DNA of 64,000 bases from an uncultured Trueperaceae bacterium (GTDB lineage Bacteria; Deinococcota; Deinococci; Deinococcales; Trueperaceae), in NCBI GenBank assembly GCA_963799485.1, contig CAWCXJ010000006.1:448001-512000 (forward strand). The letters are read 5' to 3'. Position 1 is the stretch's first letter, and each line of letters opens with the position of its first letter. The notes under the pieces are model-generated. The model was not told the DNA's origin, searched no databases, and saw only the letters and a program-made list of their open reading frames with translations. The translations under genes and the position numbers were made by a program. Shown one piece after another: positions 55,921-64,000 of the stretch.

Positions 55921-57114
55921 ATGGCGAGACGTAAAAGCACACGGCGCGGTAAGGGTGAGGGTTCTGTATTTGAGTTTGAACGTAACTATAAACAGAAAGA
56001 CGGCTCTATCGTTGTCCGTACCGGTTGGGAGGGTAAGGTCACAGTCGGTTATGACGAAAACGGCAAGCAGCGTTTTAAGAGCGTGTACGGCAAAACGCAG
56101 GGTGAAACACTGGCTAAAGTTGCCGAGATTAAACAGCGGCTCGTAAATGGCACCTATACGGATGTCAAGCTCACTGTCGGCGAATACTTAGAGCAGTGGC
56201 TAAAAGAGAAAGAGCGTAGTGTCAAACCGCGTACCGCGATGCTCTACCGGGAGCAAGCCGAGCGGTACGTCATTCCTAAAGTGGGTAAGGTCAAGCTCGA
56301 GAAGCTCACGCCCTTACACCTTCAGCGGATGATTAGCGAGTTAGCTGACGAGATCGGCATACCGACAGCAAACAAGGCCCGTACCCTTATGTTTGCCGCG
56401 CTAAAACAGGCGGTACGGTGGCAACTCATTCACCGGAACCCGTGTGAAGCTGTTGCCAAACTAAAAGAGACCCGGAAAGAGATGATTCTATGGACGCCCG
56501 CCGAAACCGTACAGTTCTTAGAAGCGGCTCGACCTCATAGACTTTACGCCGCGTTCTATCTGGCTGTGTTTGCCGGGTTACGCCGGGGTGAGCTGCTAGG
56601 TTTGCGCTGGAAAGACCTCACCGGCCCGGTGCTGAGCGTTCGTCAATCCCTCACCGTCTTAGGTGGTACACCTCACTTCACGACCCCCAAGACGCGCAAG
56701 GGGGAGCGGTACGTCACCGTCTCCCCTGACGTGCTCGAGGTACTCGCACAACATCGGCTGATTCAAGAGGCAGAGGCTAGGGCGCTGGGCGATGCCTGGA
56801 CAGATACGGGGCTCATCTTTACAACCGAGATCGGGACGCTGATTCACCCCCGGAACTTTGAACGCAGTTTCAAGGGACTACTGAAGGATGCCGACGTAAC
56901 TACGGCCCGGTTACACGACCTGAGACACCTACACGTCTCGCTACTCGTTTCTAAGGGGTTTGACCCGCGCTCGATAGCCGACCGGGTAGGCCATACGAAC
57001 CCAAGCTTTACGCTCGACGTGTACAGCCACATGTTTGCGAATCAGCGGGCACAGGCCGCTGTAGGGATGGCTGACCTACTCGGCACGGGCGCACAACAGC
57101 GGGAAACGAACTAA
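55921..57114 (+). CDS. Tyrosine recombinase/integrase
   Basis: N-terminal arm-binding region; catalytic R (GLRRGE), K, HDLR, H, Y. Confidence 0.96.
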   Translation: MARRKSTRRGKGEGSVFEFERNYKQKDGSIVVRTGWEGKVTVGYDENGKQRFKSVYGKTQGETLAKVAEIKQRLVNGTYTDVKLTVGEYLEQWLKEKERSVKPRTAMLYREQAERYVIPKVGKVKLEKLTPLHLQRMISELADEIGIPTANKARTLMFAALKQAVRWQLIHRNPCEAVAKLKETRKEMILWTPAETVQFLEAARPHRLYAAFYLAVFAGLRRGELLGLRWKDLTGPVLSVRQSLTVLGGTPHFTTPKTRKGERYVTVSPDVLEVLAQHRLIQEAEARALGDAWTDTGLIFTTEIGTLIHPRNFERSFKGLLKDADVTTARLHDLRHLHVSLLVSKGFDPRSIADRVGHTNPSFTLDVYSHMFANQRAQAAVGMADLLGTGAQQRETN

Positions 57115-57209
57115 AATCCTGTAGGTGTAATTAAGGTGTAAACTGGCACACAAGAGAAGCGCCCCACACTTAGCGGGGCTTCTTTTTTGCGTCTCTGACG
57201 TTGTTTCTT

Positions 57210-57286
57210 TGGTAGCGATGGAGAGACTTGAACTCTCGACCTCACGATTATGAGTCGTGCGCTCTAACCAGCTGAGCTACATCGCC
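57210..57286 (-). tRNA. tRNA with CAT anticodon (probably elongator Met; Ile2 not excluded)
   Basis: Cloverleaf GGCGATG...CTCATAA...TTCAAGT...CATCGCT-A-CCA. Confidence 0.94.
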
Positions 57287-57406
57287 TTACTCTTCCCGTC
57301 TTGCATACAATTTCTCGTTCTGCGCACCCTTAAAGATCAGGCTTGGAACGTAAAACCACTAAGAAGTTTATCACTTTACGCGTCAAGCCTTCAAGGTGTC
57401 TGGGGG

Positions 57407-57645
57407 CAGGGCAACCGCAAAGTCGGCGGTGTAGCTTGGTGAATGACCGAACGAGACTTACCCGAACTGCTCAAGGACTTTGCGGACTTACCCGAATCCC
57501 TGTGACCCGCGCGGGATTCGGCATGAGCTGGTGGACACTGTGTGCATCAACATTTTGGCGGTCGTTTGTGGAGCCAACACCTATAGTCAGATACATCAGT
57601 ACGCGTTGGCGCAAGAGGTTTGGTTGCGGGAGTTTCTGACGTGAC
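57407..57645 (+). pseudogene. ISAs1-family transposase N-terminal fragment
   Basis: CAGGGC end; FADLP..PR..RHEL.D...I..LAV.CGA.....I.......WLREFL. Confidence 0.7.
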
Positions 57646-57671
57646 CCCCGAGACCCAAGCCAGAAAGGCTG

Positions 57672-58843
57672 TGAGTACACCATCAACTAAGATTTGCGAC
57701 ATTTGTGGTAATGCCTGGCAAGGGTGTCGCGGGCGGCATCGGTAGAGAACTGCCAGGTGACGGTCGCGCGCTTAGCGTTGCGGTCGCGGATCCAGGCGAG
57801 GACTTCGTGCTCACGCAGAGCCTGGTCAGGAATGCGGCGAGCAAGACACTGTTTGGACAAAGCAGAGAACTCGATCGTGTTCAGCCAACTCGCGCCTTTA
57901 GGGGTGAAGTGAAAGGCAAAGTGCTCGGCTAGCGCAAAGGCGTCGTCGGGGGGCAAGTGGGCGTAGAACGAGCCGCCCTGATGGGTGAGATGGCCCTGCA
58001 CCAACTCAAGCTGTTCGGCCTCGGGAAACTGCGGTTCAAGGTGCTGCATGAAGGCGGTGTACTCTTTGGCCGTGCGGCGCTCGTAGACTTTCGCCCAGCG
58101 TCTGCCGGTGGTAGGCTCGAACGCCAGCGCACACGAGCCGTGTTTGGTGTAGTGGTAGTCCTCTCGCTTGGGCTTGCCCGAGGTCATTGGCAGCGGCACG
58201 ACCGCCGCGCCAATCAAGAAGCAGGGGCGTTCGTCGAAACATGATGACGGGACGTTTTGGATTATAGGGCCGGGCGTAGCGCGCCAGGGCCCCCTCCATC
58301 CGCCGGAGAAACAGCGGCGTGATCTCGCTCAGGCACCATTGCCGCTTGCGGTGCGGCGCGAGTTCGTTTTTTTCAGCACCTCGCCGACCGTGACGTGCGA
58401 GATCGTCTCGACACAACCCAACGCAACCGCTTTGTCCGCCAGCAAGCGCAAGTCCCACCAGGCACGCCCCGCAGGTGCCGGGCTGCACGCCGGCGCCGTC
58501 AACTTCGCCCGCACCTCACCGTCGAAGGCGTGAAGTCGTCCTGGCTGTGGCTGCTCCCGAACCGCCGCTACGTCCTCAACCCCGTAGCGACGGCGGATGC
58601 GGCTCACCGTCGCCCGGCTGACCCCGACCCGTTCGATCACCTCGGCGTCCTTGTGGCCTTCATCGACCAACAGCAGGATACGCGCTCGTACTCGTATCTG
58701 TGACCGCAGGAAATCCTTTAGGGTACTTCCCCCTGGCGCGTCAGCGTCTCTAGCTCGTGGCGTTCCTCCGGCGCTAACTTGACCTCGTAGAGCTTCTTGG
58801 GTAGCCCTCGGTATAATGCATTCCTTGCCTAACGGTGTACTAA
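57672..58843 (-). mobile_element. IS630-family element, degenerate
   Basis: PAGRAWW.LRLLA, TPK.ASWLN.IE.S.L.KQCL; imperfect TIR AGTACACC. Confidence 0.85.
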
Positions 58844-58869
58844 CTCAAAAAATTGGTAGAGACACGTGC

Positions 58870-59547
58870 TTAGCGTTGCCACAACCACTCGCGCAACGTC
58901 AAACCGCTTGCCGTAACTTTAGTAGCCTCTTCACGCCCGACGTAACGGTAATGCCACGGCTCATAGATATAGCAGGTCAGCGCCTCTTTACCTTTCGGGT
59001 AGCTCATCACAAAACCGAACTCGGCGGCGTGCTCCTTTAACCACGTACCTTCCGGCGTTTCAGCCCAATCGTCTAACTCCCACGCGGCGGGGCCGTTCGC
59101 GCTGCGAAAGTCAAGCGCGGTACCGAGCTGATGTTCAGAATGACCGGGACGGGCGCTGCTTCTTAAAGCGGCGTCGTAGCCGTCTACCACAACCCAGCGG
59201 TTAAACGTATCAATTTGATAGTTGTATGAACGGTAGGCGGACTGAACCTCGAGCCCCAGCCCAGCCGCCTCAGCTGCCGCCAAGAGCGCTTTTAGGTCGG
59301 GTATCACCAGGCTCCGAACCTGCGTCGCGTCTGTGCCTACGCCTAACGAAGTCAGGGGCTCGAGGTCATCCGGCGCGTAGTCTTCGGGCAGTGCGTAGAG
59401 CGTGTCGAGCAGCGTATAGGGCCAGTCGTCGTAACTTGTGGAGTTGGCGGGACGGTCTTCGTAACCGCACTTGGGTAGCGGAGTTTGAGCAAACGCAAAA
59501 GAAAAGACAGGCAAAACAAGCAAGCTTAAACGCAACATGCTGGGCAT
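58870..59547 (-). CDS. D-Ala-D-Ala carboxypeptidase (M15B/VanY)
   Basis: SAYRS...Q, SEHQLG.A.D, YEPWHYRY; signal peptide. Confidence 0.92.
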   Translation of the reverse strand: MPSMLRLSLLVLPVFSFAFAQTPLPKCGYEDRPANSTSYDDWPYTLLDTLYALPEDYAPDDLEPLTSLGVGTDATQVRSLVIPDLKALLAAAEAAGLGLEVQSAYRSYNYQIDTFNRWVVVDGYDAALRSSARPGHSEHQLGTALDFRSANGPAAWELDDWAETPEGTWLKEHAAEFGFVMSYPKGKEALTCYIYEPWHYRYVGREEATKVTASGLTLREWLWQR

Positions 59548-59627
59548 CGTAACAACCTTTGTGGGTTTAGGGTTGGGGTCGGAGGGTAAAAAACAGTAGT
59601 TTCGGGCTGCCACTTTCATTTACGGCG

Positions 59628-59925
59628 CTAAAACGTCGGGCCGAAAATCGTCCCGCGCAGCTCCACCGGCTCTGCAAGTATCCATAATGGTAGCGCGGCG
59701 AACAGCAGGATAAAAGCAGCGGCGCTCAGAGCGCCAGCACGCCGCGTAAGTCGCGCAGGGCAGTCCGAAACGCCGCCCAGACGGCTAACAGCGAGTACAC
59801 GCTGACGAAGCCTGCGCCGATAGGGAAGAGCCAGGCGGTCGGGTAGTGAGCGCCACGTTGTCATCGTTGTCGTACGAGCACGCCCGGACACAGTTCAGAC
59901 AAAAGGTGCAGTCCATATTTGAAGT
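59628..59925 (-). pseudogene. Fragment of a membrane 4Fe-4S (polyferredoxin-like) protein
   Basis: NMDCTFCLNCVRAC followed by frameshifted TM segment. Confidence 0.55.
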
Positions 59926-59954
59926 ATAGCGATTACCAGAAGCACTGATTAAGC

Positions 59955-60141
59955 TAGGGTCTGTCTGACTAAACTTCATAGCCATAGCATGATGGAAGCG
60001 ACAAGCACACCAGCGCGGTAGTTTCTGCCCCGCTTGTCATGGCGGGTAGCTACAGCACGAAAGTCTTTAAGCCGGTTGATGCAGCGTTCAATAACGTTGC
60101 GACCTTTACAGGCTTGTTTATCAAAGGCGGGAGGTCGTCCC
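59955..60141 (-). pseudogene. IS5-family transposase C-terminal fragment (IS110 insertion target)
   Basis: GRPPAFD...[22 protein letters not shown]. Confidence 0.82.
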
Positions 60142-60154
60142 CCTTGTATGTTGA

Positions 60155-61262
<1,108 letters not shown>

Positions 61263-61647
61263 CAAATGACACAGTTGCTTTTTTGGTAATTGCTATACTC
61301 GTCAGCACCATCAGGTCGGTCTTGCAGCCGGGAAAATAACCCTGACCATTCACGTGCCGGATTTGCGAAAGCGGAATAAACGCTGCCTGTCCTTGGGTCT
61401 GAGCCGCGTCCGTATAGCTCTCACGCCCGTGCAAGCATGGTCGGCTGCGGAAGCTGCTGCACACCTCCGGGTTGACTGCAACAATCTGTGTCGGCGAGGC
61501 CGTCGGGGACGGCAAAGACCGCGAGGAGCGGTAAAGATGCCGCGTCGCGCGAATATGTGGGTTTGGCGCTAGGCACGGCGTCCTCCAGCTCGGTAAAGCT
61601 TGGTCCCCTTCATTCTTGGTTTCCCTACCGACACGCTCGCCAATCCG

Positions 61648-62046
61648 TCAGTTGCCCGGAACGGTGACATTAAGCTCGCTTTGTGCTTCGCTACCGTCGG
61701 TGAGTGTTACGTCGGCTTGTAAAATCCAGTCACCTGCCATCGTAAAGGCAAAATCCTGAGCCTGGTAGAGTCCGGCTTCGGTGGGAACGGCTTGGGTCGT
61801 CACGGGCTCCATCCCGGCGTGAGTCATGGTGCCGGTAACGGAAACCTGTGCGTCGGTAACGGCCTGGTTGTCTCCCCCTAGCAGGTAAACGCGCACCGGG
61901 GCGGGGCCGACGGCGTTTTTTTCAGACAGCTCGAGGCGCACCCTTAACCCGCCGGTAGTACCGGTGTTACCTGCGGAAGCTGACGACGGCTCCGGTGGAC
62001 GACACGCGGCGAGCAAAACGAGCAGCAAGATTCCGTAGTAACGCAT
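61648..62046 (-). CDS. FixH/YtkA-family lipoprotein
   Basis: Lipobox LAAC; MTHAGM, F.MAGDW. Confidence 0.8.
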   Translation of the reverse strand: MRYYGILLLVLLAACRPPEPSSASAGNTGTTGGLRVRLELSEKNAVGPAPVRVYLLGGDNQAVTDAQVSVTGTMTHAGMEPVTTQAVPTEAGLYQAQDFAFTMAGDWILQADVTLTDGSEAQSELNVTVPGN

Positions 62047-62085
62047 TTTTCTACTTTACACTTTCGCTTTCTGACAGATGTCCCG

Positions 62086-62895
62086 TTACTCGACATTTTT
62101 GCCGGCGTCGGGCAAGCGGTTACGCTGCGCCAAAAAACGGACGACACCCCCGGCGAGCGCGCCCGCTAGAACGTCCGGCTCGCGTAGCAGCGCGGCGTCT
62201 GCCGGGTTGCTCAGATACCCGAGTTCGACGATGAGCGCGGGCGTTGCGGGGTGCGCGCTGTAGCGGTACTTGCGGAAATTAAAGGCGTAGTAGCGGCGCA
62301 TCGCGTCCGTTGTGTTTTGCGTGTCGTCGGACAGGCCTGTCACGCGCAGGTAGCCCTCGTCGATAAGGCGTTTGAGTTCGGGCTCGAGTCCGCTCCGGGG
62401 CGGCTGAAAATACGCTGACTTGTAGCCCGTCCGGGTGGCGTCTGAAACGCTGTCGGCGTGAAGCGCTAAGAGTAAATCTGCGCGATAGTCCACCGGCGGC
62501 GTCGCCGAGAGCAGGTCGACGGTGACGCCTTGGGCCTCGAGCGTCCGCTTCAAGGCCAGGGCGACGCTGCGGTTGACCGAAAGTTCACTGAGTTCACCTG
62601 CAAAACCCCCCGTATTGCCGCGCAGATGTGCGAGTTCGGCAGGCTGCCCGGCGGCCCCGGCGTGACCTACTTGCAGCCCGACGCGCGGCGGCCCCAAGGC
62701 AAGCAGTAAAACGAGCCTCGTTCCGTTCTGAAATGCTGTCCGGGTCTGCCCGGTGAGCTCAACGTGCGCCGGGATGAGGATGCCTGAAAAGCTCAGGGCA
62801 ACGAAAAGCAGCAGGGCAAAAAGCTCGACGGCAACAGGCTGAAGGGTCTCGCGGGTGCGCGGCGTCTCACCATCAGTAAAGCGCTCCGTCCACAC
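62086..62895 (-). CDS. N-acetylmuramoyl-L-alanine amidase (Amidase_3)
   Basis: GH, E..N, LHAD, PALIVELGYLSN.AD. Confidence 0.85.
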   Translation of the reverse strand: MWTERFTDGETPRTRETLQPVAVELFALLLFVALSFSGILIPAHVELTGQTRTAFQNGTRLVLLLALGPPRVGLQVGHAGAAGQPAELAHLRGNTGGFAGELSELSVNRSVALALKRTLEAQGVTVDLLSATPPVDYRADLLLALHADSVSDATRTGYKSAYFQPPRSGLEPELKRLIDEGYLRVTGLSDDTQNTTDAMRRYYAFNFRKYRYSAHPATPALIVELGYLSNPADAALLREPDVLAGALAGGVVRFLAQRNRLPDAGKNVE

Positions 62896-62943
62896 CTTAG
62901 CAGCCTAGCACAGCGCCCTACACGTCGTTTGTAGGTCTGTACC

Positions 62944-63618
62944 TCAACCCGCCTTGACGATACGCTCTCCGGTCAGCCAGTAGATTGCGTGTTCGTTGAC
63001 ATTTTCAAAGTGGTCGCCGATGCGCTCCAGGTAGCGCGCCATGCTGAGGAGTTTGGTGGCCTGCGAGATGATTTTGGGGTTTTCCATCATATAGGTCAAG
63101 AGTTCACGCTGAATCTGCTCGTACAAATCGTCGATTTCGTCGTCCATCTCGAGTGCAGACCGCGCCGCCGAAACGTCCCCCTCGGCGATGCCGCGAATGG
63201 TCGTTTCGATCATCACATTGAGGATTTCAAAAATGCGTTCGGTATCGACGTACTTTTTAATAGGCGGTTTTTCGGCGAGTTCAGCCCCGACCCGCGCAAC
63301 GTGGCGGGCGTTGTCCCCGGCGCGTTCGATTTCAGCCAGGGTGCGGTGCAGCGCACCTAGCAGGCGCAAATCGGTCGCGGCGGGTTGACGGCGGGCGATG
63401 ACCGTCAGGATGGTCTGGTCGATTTCGGCCTCGAGCGCGTCGATCTTCAGGTCGTTTTCGGCGCATAGTTCGGCGGCTCCGGGTTCGGCGTCGATCAGTG
63501 CACGTTTGGCCAGCCCGACCGACTCGCGCACCAAGGAAAGCATCCGCACGACCGACGCCGTAATCTCTTGTAGGTTCTGGTCAAGGGCGTTCATAGGTGA
63601 GAAGCGTAACATCTCCAT
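62944..63618 (-). CDS. phoU: Phosphate signalling protein PhoU
   Basis: Two PhoU repeats; QPAA.DLR, ERAGD, LERIGDH..N. Confidence 0.95.
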   Translation of the reverse strand: MEMLRFSPMNALDQNLQEITASVVRMLSLVRESVGLAKRALIDAEPGAAELCAENDLKIDALEAEIDQTILTVIARRQPAATDLRLLGALHRTLAEIERAGDNARHVARVGAELAEKPPIKKYVDTERIFEILNVMIETTIRGIAEGDVSAARSALEMDDEIDDLYEQIQRELLTYMMENPKIISQATKLLSMARYLERIGDHFENVNEHAIYWLTGERIVKAG

Positions 63619-63635
63619 ACTATGAGAGCGGGCTG

Positions 63636-64000
63636 TCAGGAGAGCGTCAGCTTTCGGGGGCTACCAAGATTTGCCCCCGGTGCAGCGCTTCGTGCTGCGC
63701 GAGGTGGTGCAACACCCACTCGGGTGAAACGTCGTAAGCGGGCAGGTGCCTGAGCCGCCGGTACTTGGTTTCGTCCATCCCCAGCGTAAAGCCAGTCGGT
63801 TTCAATTGCCGCGAGGTGGTAGAGCAGTGTGCCGGAGGTGTTGCCGCTCGAGGTTTGGGCCCTCAACTGCGCCCGTGTCAACCCTTTTACGGCGCTGAGC
63901 GTACGGGCCCCGGCATCCTCTAAACGCCACAAATCAAGCCCGATAAGCTCGGGATAACCGGGGAGAGGTTGAACGCGCAACGTTTTGCCGGGTCTTGACA
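63636..64000 (-). pseudogene. DinB-family protein with apparent internal deletion/frameshift
   Basis: N.SGTLLYHLAAIE.DW, then abrupt frame change before WV.HHL.QHEA.HRGQ. Confidence 0.55.

Larger units (their letters stand above)
48193..57254. mobile_element. ~9 kb tRNA-integrated element, phage-satellite (PICI-like) organisation
   Basis: Direct att repeats, intact tyrosine integrase, XRE HTH, excisionase, helicase; no capsid, tail or TerL recognised. Confidence 0.9.

Noticed and set aside
48193..57254. Full prophage or ICE
   Set aside because: No structural, lysis, TerL, relaxase or T4SS genes recognised in 9 kb.

Overview
A GC-rich bacterial chromosome segment, most likely Deinococcota (Truepera/Thermus-like). 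This assignment is inferred from the cinA-recA-rny order, the futalosine gene mqnB, many leaderless-type starts and heavy CTCGAG enrichment. Housekeeping genes (ftsY, gltX, uppP, rplM-rpsI, tgt, proC, cysI-cysH, pth-rplY-prs, rny-recA-cinA, nfo, rhlE, rpmE, phoU) are interspersed with decayed IS elements (three IS630, IS3, IS200, two IS5, ISAs1) and pseudogenes. Main highlights: (1) a complete ~9 kb tyrosine-integrase element in tRNA(CAT), bounded by 45-bp att repeats. It has a phage-satellite-like backbone (excisionase, AAA_25 helicase with five iteron-like repeats, TerS-like HTH/Zn proteins), a palindromic back-to-back promoter switch and arm-type sites. It carries an AT-rich, unrecognised two-gene cargo whose second protein has a PD-(D/E)xK-like core and a C-terminal clamp-binding-like motif, making it a candidate new defence system. 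(2) Relics of two sibling elements that share an identical 25-bp arm-type site. (3) An intact IS110 element whose non-coding left end reads as an IS621-type bridge RNA, with guides matching its own donor ends and flanking target. (4) A guanidine-III riboswitch upstream of gdx/sugE. All calls are made by eye from the sequence; no database searches were run.
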